Of a stretch of DNA of 64,000 nucleotides, positions 24,029 through 33,230 are shown piece by piece (within the stretch, counting starts at the first letter, position 1; the number at the start of each line of letters is the position of its first letter). Position numbers and translations under genes: made by a program. Under the pieces are notes generated by a model. It was given only the letters and a program-made list of their open reading frames with translations. It had not been told where the DNA came from and did not search any database. The stretch is from positions 124,001-188,000 of the IMG/VR virus record IMGVR_UViG_3300035703_000006. One strand, given 5' to 3'.

Positions 24029-26124
24029 TGAAAAAAGTAATCTCTTCTCCTTTAGTTGCTGCTTCCAATAACATAGTTTCTTTTAGTGGAGATTCTTCAA
24101 GAAGACTAAAAGGAATTCAAAGAGAAGTTATTAATTTTTCTAAATTTTTAAATACTCAAAATAAACAAATTGAAAGAATAAAGTTACCAGAAAAAAGAAA
24201 AATTAAAGAACTTGCAAACTTAAACATTGCATCAAGTTTTGGTTCTCCTGGAAATTTATTATCATCATTATTGGATGGTGCATTGGATGTTGCTGGATTT
24301 CTTGGTAATATGTTCCCACCAAGAGGAAGAATGGGAGCTCCTCAAAATACCAGAGGATTAAGACCACCAAAACCAATGGTCTCTGGTTCCAAGTTGCAAT
24401 TTGGAGGACTTAAATCTGTAGGTATTTTGAATGCGGTTTTTTCTGGATTGGACTTTGCTCAGGGATTATCAGAAGGAGAAAGTGCAGGACAAGCAGCATC
24501 AGGAGCAGTAGGAAATCTTGCTGGTTCATTGCTTGGTGGTGCTATTGGGCAAGCATTGATTCCAATTCCTGGACTTGGTTTTGTACTTGGAAGTATGGCA
24601 GGTGGATTTCTTGGTGGTTATGCTGCAGATAGAACGTATGAACTTGCGACTGGTGGTGCTGGAGGTGTGTCTAGTAAAGTTGAAGAAAGACTAAAAGCAC
24701 AGGAACAGCAACAAAAAGCATCAGTTCAAGAAAGTGGATTTGGTGATATAATAAACAGATTTAGTGACTCTGTAGGAAAGTTTGAGAACTTTGTTTATAA
24801 GTCATTCGCAAATGTAATGAATGCTGCAGCATCTACTGCTGGTTCTGATCAAATGATGATGGATTATGGATTAGATCCAGATGCAATTCCCGATTCCCCT
24901 GAACTTCCGGGGGACCTTCCAGAAATGACTGCAGAAGGTGGAGACATTCCAAGTAGGGTTGTATCTTCTTCTTATGGAATGAGATGGGGGAGACCACATA
25001 ATGGAGTTGATTATCCTAGACCAGATGGAACTCCGGTAAGTGTAATTCAACCAGGAACCGTTACTTCTGCTGGATGGAATGATGGTGGATACGGATATAT
25101 GGTTATGATTTCCCACCCTGGTGGTAATACAACTCTTTATGGGCACTTAAGTAAAATATCAGTCAAACAAGGACAACAAATAGAACCTGGAACTGTAATT
25201 GGAAATGTCGGAAGTACTGGACGTTCTACTGGACCACACGTCCATTTTGAAGTTAGAAGAGGAGGAGGTGGTATTCAAATACCAAATAATGAAGGAGACA
25301 AGTATTTCAGATTTGGTGGAAATGTAAAAGCAAAACCAAAGTCAGGAGTTTCGGGAGCAGGTTCTAATCCTTTTGTTTTAGAATTGCACGCAGACCCAAA
25401 TGCAAAAGGACAAAAAACAGGATTAATCCCAAGTAATACTAGTCCAGATACTGCTGTTTCTCAAGCACTTGTGTCTAGTTTCGGGACTTATGGTAAAAAT
25501 TTTAGAGGAGGATTGGGTGTTACAAATAGAGGTGGAAACATTCTAGAAACAGATATGGCATTAGGTGCTGAAGCAAATGCAAGAAGAATAGTTGAAGCAA
25601 TGATGAAAGACCCTAAACGTGCATATCATATTTTTGCAGGACACGCTGATGTGACAAAAGGTGAAACTGGTGCTCCTGGAGAAAAGGAATATAATTTGAA
25701 AACTGCTGAATTGGTTGAAAAATTAGCAAAAGCACAAAAATTAAATGTAATGTATCATAAATCTATTATCGCAAATGAAGCAAGTGATCCAAATTCAAAT
25801 CTCTCCAGAATTAAAGCAATAATGGATGCTCCAAAGAGACCTGGAATAGGAGGTCCAGATTTGACACCAGAAGCAATTGCTGCATATCAATCTGGAATGA
25901 TTCAAAATCTTCAACAATACCCTTCTTATAATCAACTACAACAGGTTACAACAATTATACCAATGATGATGAGTTCTCAAGGTGGAGGAGGACAACAAAA
26001 ACCAGTTTTTATTCCAGTTGGTGGAGGTGGGGGAGGTACTGTAATTCTTCCTGGTCCAGATGAAGGACAGGTGGTAAATAGTCTTATGAAAACTATGTTA
26101 CTTACTAATCTGTCAGCAAGCTAA
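24028..26124 (+). CDS. Large tail-associated protein with M23 peptidase and an amidase-like domain
   Basis: HNGVDY...YGHL...STGPHVHFEV (M23); LELHAD, ILETD, IFAGHAD..GEKEYN (amidase_3 motifs in permuted order). Confidence 0.85.
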   Translation: MKKVISSPLVAASNNIVSFSGDSSRRLKGIQREVINFSKFLNTQNKQIERIKLPEKRKIKELANLNIASSFGSPGNLLSSLLDGALDVAGFLGNMFPPRGRMGAPQNTRGLRPPKPMVSGSKLQFGGLKSVGILNAVFSGLDFAQGLSEGESAGQAASGAVGNLAGSLLGGAIGQALIPIPGLGFVLGSMAGGFLGGYAADRTYELATGGAGGVSSKVEERLKAQEQQQKASVQESGFGDIINRFSDSVGKFENFVYKSFANVMNAAASTAGSDQMMMDYGLDPDAIPDSPELPGDLPEMTAEGGDIPSRVVSSSYGMRWGRPHNGVDYPRPDGTPVSVIQPGTVTSAGWNDGGYGYMVMISHPGGNTTLYGHLSKISVKQGQQIEPGTVIGNVGSTGRSTGPHVHFEVRRGGGGIQIPNNEGDKYFRFGGNVKAKPKSGVSGAGSNPFVLELHADPNAKGQKTGLIPSNTSPDTAVSQALVSSFGTYGKNFRGGLGVTNRGGNILETDMALGAEANARRIVEAMMKDPKRAYHIFAGHADVTKGETGAPGEKEYNLKTAELVEKLAKAQKLNVMYHKSIIANEASDPNSNLSRIKAIMDAPKRPGIGGPDLTPEAIAAYQSGMIQNLQQYPSYNQLQQVTTIIPMMMSSQGGGGQQKPVFIPVGGGGGGTVILPGPDEGQVVNSLMKTMLLTNLSAS

Positions 26125-27437
26125 TGTCTCAATCTGTAGCAGCATTTAAACCGAATTATTTCATTATACAATCATTGGATGGTAGTAAAAAACTTGACGT
26201 TACTAACTCGTTACTATTTTTTGATTACTTTGAGGATATTTTATCTCCTTGTATAACTGCTACTGCACAAATAGTTAATAGTACAAGTTTGTTTAATCTT
26301 TTACCAATTCGTGGTGGAGAAAAAGTTTCTATCAGTGTTGATACCGCATTTGGTGAGTTCTTATTTGATGGTGATAATGCTTTTTATGTTTATAAGGTCA
26401 GCAACCTTGATGCTCAAAAATCAAGTGAAATGTTTACATTGCATTTAGTTTCTCGTGAAGGATTAACAAATGATACTGCTAGATGTGAAAGAAAATATAC
26501 AGGTAATATTCAAACTACAGTAACTAAAATTTTAAAGGATGTATTAAAAACTAAAAAATTTAAGAGTGAAAATATAGAAGGAACATCCAACGATTTTTCT
26601 TTTATTGGAAATAATAGAAAACCATTTCATATTTTAACTTGGTTGGGACCAAAAGCAGTTCCTGCGAATGGACAAAACTCTGGAACGTCGGGTGGAAATA
26701 ATAGTGGAATAGCAAAAGGAACTGCAGGGTTTTTATTCTATGAAAATAAAGATGGATTTAACTTTAGAAGTATTGATAGTTTAGTGTCAAGTACTAAGAT
26801 TCAAAATAATAGTGCTGATAAGGAATCAATATACAATTATCAATATGCTCCAATCATTGAGAGTAATAATGTAGAAACAAATTTTAGAATTTTAAATTAC
26901 AAGTACGAAAAGAATATTGATTTAATGAAATCCTTGAGAGTTGGTATGTATGCAAATAAAACATATTATTTTGATTTGTATTCAAATACTTTAGACATTT
27001 ATAAGTATACATTAAAAGACCAAGTTAAAAATAAACTAGGTGCAGCAGAAAGCATTGCTGTTTCTGATGAATTTGGAGATAGTATTAGTAGAATTATGGT
27101 TAAAGTTTCTGATAGAGGAAATTTAAACAACGATGGTACGATAAGTGGTAAGTCAAGGAGTGGTGCTGATATGTCAATGTCTTATTCTAGATATAATTTA
27201 TTGTTCACACAAGCACTAAATATGGTCATACCTTGCAATATAAGATTAAAAGTTGGAGATATTATAAATGCTCAGTTTCCAAAGATCACAAGATCTGATA
27301 ATAAAGAAGCAGACAATGAACAAAGTGGAAAATATTTGATTAAAGAACTGAGACATCACTTTGAAGGAAATCAAATGGTTACAAGTGTAAAATTAATTCG
27401 TGATAGTTATGGTCTTTATGGTCCCGAAAATGTTTAA
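26124..27437 (+). CDS. Baseplate hub protein (gp27/Mu gp44-like)
   Basis: DYFEDILSP, GFLFYENKDGFNFRSID, L.VGDII...SGKYLIKELRH; located upstream of g5. Confidence 0.7.
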   Translation: MSQSVAAFKPNYFIIQSLDGSKKLDVTNSLLFFDYFEDILSPCITATAQIVNSTSLFNLLPIRGGEKVSISVDTAFGEFLFDGDNAFYVYKVSNLDAQKSSEMFTLHLVSREGLTNDTARCERKYTGNIQTTVTKILKDVLKTKKFKSENIEGTSNDFSFIGNNRKPFHILTWLGPKAVPANGQNSGTSGGNNSGIAKGTAGFLFYENKDGFNFRSIDSLVSSTKIQNNSADKESIYNYQYAPIIESNNVETNFRILNYKYEKNIDLMKSLRVGMYANKTYYFDLYSNTLDIYKYTLKDQVKNKLGAAESIAVSDEFGDSISRIMVKVSDRGNLNNDGTISGKSRSGADMSMSYSRYNLLFTQALNMVIPCNIRLKVGDIINAQFPKITRSDNKEADNEQSGKYLIKELRHHFEGNQMVTSVKLIRDSYGLYGPENV

Positions 27438-27442
27438 GAAAA

Positions 27443-27652
27443 ATGGATTTACAAGAAACTATAAATGAAATTTGTGAGGAACTTATGGAGTCCTCAATAA
27501 ATAAACAAAGAAAAAGATACTTAAGTGCATATCTTGAGGATCTTATTAAATATCAAAAAAATAATCCTACGGCAACACAAACGCCAACAACATTTGAATT
27601 GTTTTGTGCGTTAAATCCTGATTCCTCCGAATGTAAAATTTACGATGATTGA
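27443..27652 (+). CDS. cp12: CP12 Calvin-cycle inhibitor-like protein (phage type)
   Basis: C-terminal FELFCALNPDSSECKIYDD matches the CP12 C-terminal Cys-pair motif. Confidence 0.8.
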   Translation: MDLQETINEICEELMESSINKQRKRYLSAYLEDLIKYQKNNPTATQTPTTFELFCALNPDSSECKIYDD

Positions 27653-29909
27653 AGAAGCATTATTAAAATCCAATTATATTGGTAAAGATGGTTTTCACTG
27701 GTGGATTGGTCAAGTAGCAAATCAAAATTCTTGGAAAAGTAAGTCTCAGTTTTCCGAAGAAAAAGGTTCCGATGGAAAAGTATGGGCAGCAAGATGTAAA
27801 GTAAGGATTGTTGGACATCATACTTTTGATGGCAATGTCCTTCCTGATGATGATTTGCCTTGGGCACAGATTATGATGGACCCTGCATTTGGAAGTGGTC
27901 AGGGTGGTATGGGTGCTACAATTAATCTAAAAGGTGGGGAAACTTGTTTTGGATTTTTTATTGATGGGGATGATGCTCAGCAACCAGTGGTAATTGGGTT
28001 GCTCCATCGCAGTGATGGTGTTAAGAATTTAATTAGTGAAGAATCAATAGCAAAAGAAAAAAGTTCTCAATTTAAACCATTCACTGGTCATCCTGGAAAT
28101 AACATCCCAGCAACTCAAAGAAGTGCAAGAAAACGTAAATCCATTACTCCTGAAAATCCTCAAACAGAAACTTCTCCATTATCAACAAAAGATAAAGTAG
28201 ATCTTGCTTTTAATTCAAATGTTGGATTTTATACTGGGACTACTCGTGTGTTTCCTCAGTATGGAGATAGACTTCAATTTGATGCTGCATCAATTTGGCA
28301 AGTTGCAAAAAAGGCAGACATAGAAATTACAATACCTAATGGTTGTCAAAATGGATTAATTGGAGATATCTCACAAGCTCTTCAGAGCTTTATGGCAATT
28401 ACAAATGGACTAGACCAATATTTAAATGTTTATGTAGATGCTGTACTAAATGAAATCGTAGATATACAAAACCAAATTCGCAATACTGCTAGGTCTATAC
28501 TTGGTATTGTGAAACTCATTATTAATAATTTAAGAAACACAATTTTTAAATGTATTACTTGGGCATTTAGAAAATTAGTTGGTCTTGTTGTCCCACAACC
28601 TCAACAAAAGATTGTTTTGGAATCAATGAAGAAAATTCTTGATGTAATTTTTTGTATTCTAGAAAAACTTCCATCAAGTCTTTTGAATTTTATTACAGAT
28701 GCATTAAGTGATTTGGTGAATAGAACAGTAAATGTTCCTCTTTGTGCAGCAGAGGAATGGACTGCTGGTATCCTTGCTAAATTAATGGATTCAATTGAAA
28801 ACGCATTATCTGGAATAATGTCTGGTATTAGTTGGTTGACTGGTGGATTAGGAACAATTTCTGGAATTTTAAATCAAGCAAGTTCATTGGCATCTCAAAT
28901 TTTTAGTTTTCTTGAGTGTACTGGACTTGCTTGTAAAAAACCTTACACTTGGGCAGCAAAGTTTGGTCCAAGTGAGAAAGAGGCAGATGATTGGAAGAAG
29001 ATGGTTAGTAGTGTGAACGTATTTAAGACTGCTGCTAATGCGGGAAGTTCAATAGAAAATGCTCTTCGTGATACTTCTTTATATTCTGCTGTCGATACAT
29101 TTGGATCTGGATTTGGTGGATTAATTGATAGAGCACTTAGTAATATATCTTGTTCATCCAAAGTTCTCAATCCGACCAATCAGGATGATTTAATGAGAAT
29201 GCCAATCGGAAGTAGGTGGAAAACTTGCATACCACCTCAAGTTTATATCACTGGAGATGGAGTAGGTGCTAAAGCAATTCCAATAGTTGGTGATAATGGT
29301 AGAATTTTCTCTGTGCAAATTATCAATAGAGGAGTTGGATATCAAAATGGAACAACAGATGTTAGAATTGTTGATAAAAGTAATTATGGTTTAGGTGCAA
29401 CTGCAAGAATTGAAGTTGATGAAAAAGATGGTGGAATCAATAGAATTGTAATTCTAAATTCTGGAGATGGGTATTGTAAAGGTAATATTGGTCTTGGAAC
29501 AAATGTAGTTGGTGGTCTTGGAACAAATGTAGTTGGTGGTCTTGGAACAAATGTAGTTGGTGGTCTTGGAACGAATTCATCTGGAATAAGTTCATCTATA
29601 ACTGGAATAGTTACTGACATTGTTGTGGATAAACCAGGTTATGGATATACGACTGGAGATAAAATTACTGATGGAAAAAATACTTATGAACCAATTGTTT
29701 CTCCAGGAAGTGGAGCAATTGTGGATGTTAAGATACCGACAAACATTATAGGCGGATTTAAAGACATTCCTATATTGACTATAAATACCAACACGGGGGT
29801 AGGAGCAGAACTCATTCCAGTTATGCAATTTACTCCAAATTATTCTTCAACAACTGGTATTCCAGCAGTATCTGGAATCGCAGTAACCTCAGTGATAGAT
29901 TGTGTATGA
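27645..29909 (+). CDS. g5: Baseplate hub/spike gp5, N-terminal OB-fold part
   Basis: GKDGFHWWIGQV...RCKVRIVGHH...LPWAQIM...GFFIDGDDAQQPVVIG; no T4 lysozyme motif recognised. Confidence 0.85.
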   Translation: MIEEALLKSNYIGKDGFHWWIGQVANQNSWKSKSQFSEEKGSDGKVWAARCKVRIVGHHTFDGNVLPDDDLPWAQIMMDPAFGSGQGGMGATINLKGGETCFGFFIDGDDAQQPVVIGLLHRSDGVKNLISEESIAKEKSSQFKPFTGHPGNNIPATQRSARKRKSITPENPQTETSPLSTKDKVDLAFNSNVGFYTGTTRVFPQYGDRLQFDAASIWQVAKKADIEITIPNGCQNGLIGDISQALQSFMAITNGLDQYLNVYVDAVLNEIVDIQNQIRNTARSILGIVKLIINNLRNTIFKCITWAFRKLVGLVVPQPQQKIVLESMKKILDVIFCILEKLPSSLLNFITDALSDLVNRTVNVPLCAAEEWTAGILAKLMDSIENALSGIMSGISWLTGGLGTISGILNQASSLASQIFSFLECTGLACKKPYTWAAKFGPSEKEADDWKKMVSSVNVFKTAANAGSSIENALRDTSLYSAVDTFGSGFGGLIDRALSNISCSSKVLNPTNQDDLMRMPIGSRWKTCIPPQVYITGDGVGAKAIPIVGDNGRIFSVQIINRGVGYQNGTTDVRIVDKSNYGLGATARIEVDEKDGGINRIVILNSGDGYCKGNIGLGTNVVGGLGTNVVGGLGTNVVGGLGTNSSGISSSITGIVTDIVVDKPGYGYTTGDKITDGKNTYEPIVSPGSGAIVDVKIPTNIIGGFKDIPILTINTNTGVGAELIPVMQFTPNYSSTTGIPAVSGIAVTSVIDCV
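29490..29572 (+). repeat. 24-bp tandem repeat x3.5 (GLGTNVVG)
   Basis: ggtcttggaacaaatgtagttggt exact x3 plus a partial copy. Confidence 0.95.
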
Positions 29910-30475
29910 CAACTCCAGATCCACATTTAAGACAAACTGATCATTTTATAGAAGCTTGTGGAGTAGAAAGTCCTCATAATGGGAAGATAGATTATTCTTG
30001 TACAACAAAGAAGGGACAAGGATTTATTTACTATGAAAATGGTGACTTAGATATTGTTGCAGACAAAACATCAAAAGAAGTTGTTGGAAGAAAAATAACA
30101 AATGAACAAGAACCAGCAAAAATCATTCGTGCTGAAAATGGGGGTATAATTTTATCGGCACCTTACGGAACTGTTACAATAGTTGCAGCAAATATTCGTT
30201 TTGTTGCTGTTGATGGTGTAGGTGGAGGAGAAATTACATTTCAAGCATCTAAAATAGTACATTTGGATGCCCCAACAGTTACTGGACAAGGAACAAATGT
30301 AACGACTGCAGCATCAAATAATGCTTCAGTGACAGGAGGTACTGCATCTGTTAGTGGAAATACACAAGCAGAAGTTCAGTCTGGAATAGATTCTGATAAG
30401 TCTTCAGTGTTAGGTAAAATATTAGATGCGATTACTAGATTTAAAAAATTCTTTGCTTCCATTTGTTCTGATTAA
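29906..30475 (+). CDS. Probable gp5 C-terminal (beta-helix spike)-like protein
   Basis: ATGA overlap with g5; short beta-strand periodicity (IIRAENGGIILSAPYGTVTIVAANI). Confidence 0.6.
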   Translation: MTTPDPHLRQTDHFIEACGVESPHNGKIDYSCTTKKGQGFIYYENGDLDIVADKTSKEVVGRKITNEQEPAKIIRAENGGIILSAPYGTVTIVAANIRFVAVDGVGGGEITFQASKIVHLDAPTVTGQGTNVTTAASNNASVTGGTASVSGNTQAEVQSGIDSDKSSVLGKILDAITRFKKFFASICSD

Positions 30476-30477
30476 TT

Positions 30478-31335
30478 ATGGCAGATTTTACAGTTGTTAA
30501 TGCTGGTGAAAAATTAATTGTAGGTCAATTGGATATGTCTTTTTTGACTGCTACCGATAAACTCACCCCAGGAACTGCAGTCATTAATGGTCCTTGTTAT
30601 ATTGGATTAACTCCACAAGTTGGAGTAGCAAGAGCAACTTGTATGATTGGACCACCTTTACCAGGACTTGCTGCTCCTGTGTCTCTAGAAGTTGCTGGAA
30701 TATCAAACTTTGCTGGAATTACAAATACTGCAGGAGTTATCAATGATACTGCAGTCACAAATAAACTTGGATTTATTAATAAACTTGGTGCAGAAATTGC
30801 TTCAGCAATGAAAGCAATTTTTGGATTGAAATTAAACAATGCAGCTCAAATTACTAATGGACCAAAGGCTTGTAATGCAGTCACAACAACACCAAAGATA
30901 TCGGCAACTTTTGGGTTATTTGGAACCTGTGAAGCAAAATTGGGAGTATTTGCATCAGTTGCAGCACCATTCAAAAAATTTGATATACCACATCCAATAA
31001 AAGAAGGATACCGATTAGTCCATACCTGCTTGGAAGGTCCAGAGATTGGAGTATATTATCGTGGACGATTGACCGATTCAAATGTCATTGAACTTCCAGA
31101 TTATTGGAGAGGTCTCGTAGATCCAGAAACAATTACTATAAGTTTAACACCTCATTCATTTTATCAAGAACTTTATGTTAAGAACATTGAATGGGGGTGT
31201 AGAATTAATATAGTAAATAATGCTGGTGGTCCAGTTGACTGTAGTTATATTGTATATGGAGAAAGAAAAGATGTAGATAAATTAATCGTAGAATATAAAG
31301 AAGAAAAAAATAACAACTATCCTGAGGAGATTTAA
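30478..31335 (+). CDS. Virion protein with C-terminal intramolecular-chaperone-like domain
   Basis: KKFDIPHP...LVHTCLEGPEIGVYYRG...LPDYWRGLVD...SYIVYGERKD. Confidence 0.7.
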   Translation: MADFTVVNAGEKLIVGQLDMSFLTATDKLTPGTAVINGPCYIGLTPQVGVARATCMIGPPLPGLAAPVSLEVAGISNFAGITNTAGVINDTAVTNKLGFINKLGAEIASAMKAIFGLKLNNAAQITNGPKACNAVTTTPKISATFGLFGTCEAKLGVFASVAAPFKKFDIPHPIKEGYRLVHTCLEGPEIGVYYRGRLTDSNVIELPDYWRGLVDPETITISLTPHSFYQELYVKNIEWGCRINIVNNAGGPVDCSYIVYGERKDVDKLIVEYKEEKNNNYPEEI

Positions 31336-31337
31336 TT

Positions 31338-33182
31338 ATGGGAGTAGATTATAGAAATATAGATGAATTTTTTGAAAGTATAGGAATATCACAAGATTAT
31401 TATTTGGGGAATTACCCAAAGAGTATTTTTTCAGATTCTTTGACTGAATTGGATGAGTTGCAAAAAAAATCAACAGAAAAAGAAACCACATTATCTGAAA
31501 AGTTTAAAAAAGATTTAAGACAAGATATAAAATTTAAAGAAGAAGAAAAAAAACAAATTGAAAATCAATTAACTTTACTTGATTTAAAAATCGATCAATA
31601 TGATATTTTAATTGGGAATATTGATAAAAAAATTGTTTCTCTAGCAAATGAGATAAATGCTTCCATTAATGAAGTAAAAGTTGCATATGATGCAAGAGTT
31701 GCTGCTGGATGTTCTAATAGTTTATATTGGAATTTAAGCAGACAATCAACATATGAAACATTTGGTGACATAAATGTCACCATAACATTATCAGAATACG
31801 TTGTAGAAGAAAATCCAAGTTTGAGAATAGATTATTCCAAATATGGTGCAAAGTATTATAGAAAACCTCAAAATCAAGACTATGGTTTTTATACCCCCTT
31901 AGATTTTGATGGCAACATTGGAGTAGCAAAAAGTTCACTTACTATTGTGAGTGCGGGTGGAACGAGTGGTATTTTAGTGGGAGATGAAATAATTGATAAC
32001 ATAGATAACCCTATTATATTTTCAAAAGCAAATATCCCATCAGTGGTTGGATTTGGAACTACATTGTCAATAGTATCTTCAATTGATTTTTATGGTTCAA
32101 TTTCTGCAGGTAGTACAATATTATCTGGTGTTGGAACTGGAACTACAACTGGAATATCTACAAATTATGCGATTAATCTTTCTGGAATTTTACCAAATAA
32201 TACAATTATTGTTGGAATTGGAACAACAACGATTTTGCAATCTGATATTTGGAATCCAAATGCTGGTGGTTCTGGCATTGGGGGATTTATATCAACAAGT
32301 GTTGTTGTTGATAGTTTAATTTTAAATCAGTCTGCTATAGTTGGAATTGCGACAACAGAACCTGAAATTTTTAAAGTCGGGACCATTGAAACTTTACCTA
32401 CATTAAATTTAAGTAAAAATTCAATTGGTTCAGGAAGCAGTGCTAATTTCTTAGTTATAAGAAAGACACAAGAAGATGTTTTTGAATTTGATATTAATAA
32501 TAATCCAATTAATCCAATAAAAGTTGGGATTTTAGACAATTCTACCATTGGTGTTGGACATAAACTAGTTAGGGTGAATAACGGAAAACCAGTTGGTCCA
32601 TTTAAATGGGAGGAAGTTTTGGGACCAAAATATGCTCCAGAACCAGAGTGTGGTGCAGGATTTTCAAGATATTATTTTGGCAATAGAAGTTGGCCTTTAA
32701 AAATTACATATACTTACGATCCTGAAGGAATGTTAGTGGGAAGTACAGAAGAATATGCAGAGTTGGGAGATATAATTGCAATTTCTATTGGTTCTACTTC
32801 AAGTGTAAGATATGGTATTGGATACACTGGAACTCCCGGTGGTCCTTATCCAGTTCCTTCTGGTGGATTGGATGGTTCTTATTGTCAACAACTGGCAACT
32901 AATATAACAACCAAAGAAAGCACGAGAGATACAATTATAAGCAGAAATCTTCCACAAATTGATAACTTAATATCATCATCATTAGCTTTGAGAAATACTA
33001 GAGATAGATTGGAGGGTCAAGCATTTTGTCTATTGCAAGGCAAAATTAATTCTCAAGTTGAATTAAATAATTTAAAGAAAGATTTAAATTCTTTAATTAA
33101 AACTGATTTCGCAGAATTTGAGCCAAGTTCATATTACTTTAACAAAGACAATGGAAAATTTAACTCGCAAAATATCCTATAG
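31338..33182 (+). CDS. Putative virion structural protein
   Basis: 614 aa; coiled-coil ends; VGIGTT-type motifs shared with the neighbouring fibre genes. Confidence 0.75.
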   Translation: MGVDYRNIDEFFESIGISQDYYLGNYPKSIFSDSLTELDELQKKSTEKETTLSEKFKKDLRQDIKFKEEEKKQIENQLTLLDLKIDQYDILIGNIDKKIVSLANEINASINEVKVAYDARVAAGCSNSLYWNLSRQSTYETFGDINVTITLSEYVVEENPSLRIDYSKYGAKYYRKPQNQDYGFYTPLDFDGNIGVAKSSLTIVSAGGTSGILVGDEIIDNIDNPIIFSKANIPSVVGFGTTLSIVSSIDFYGSISAGSTILSGVGTGTTTGISTNYAINLSGILPNNTIIVGIGTTTILQSDIWNPNAGGSGIGGFISTSVVVDSLILNQSAIVGIATTEPEIFKVGTIETLPTLNLSKNSIGSGSSANFLVIRKTQEDVFEFDINNNPINPIKVGILDNSTIGVGHKLVRVNNGKPVGPFKWEEVLGPKYAPEPECGAGFSRYYFGNRSWPLKITYTYDPEGMLVGSTEEYAELGDIIAISIGSTSSVRYGIGYTGTPGGPYPVPSGGLDGSYCQQLATNITTKESTRDTIISRNLPQIDNLISSSLALRNTRDRLEGQAFCLLQGKINSQVELNNLKKDLNSLIKTDFAEFEPSSYYFNKDNGKFNSQNIL

Positions 33183-33230
33183 TATGTTAGCACCTATATA
33201 GTATAACAAAAAAAGTACTAGCAATAAGTA

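Noticed and set aside
15912-29572. CRISPR-like arrays (AATAC leader repeats; 24-bp repeat in g5)
   Set aside because: Repeats are too short or directly tandem, with no unique spacers and no cas operon; the Cas4-like fold at 13983 is the usual phage exonuclease.
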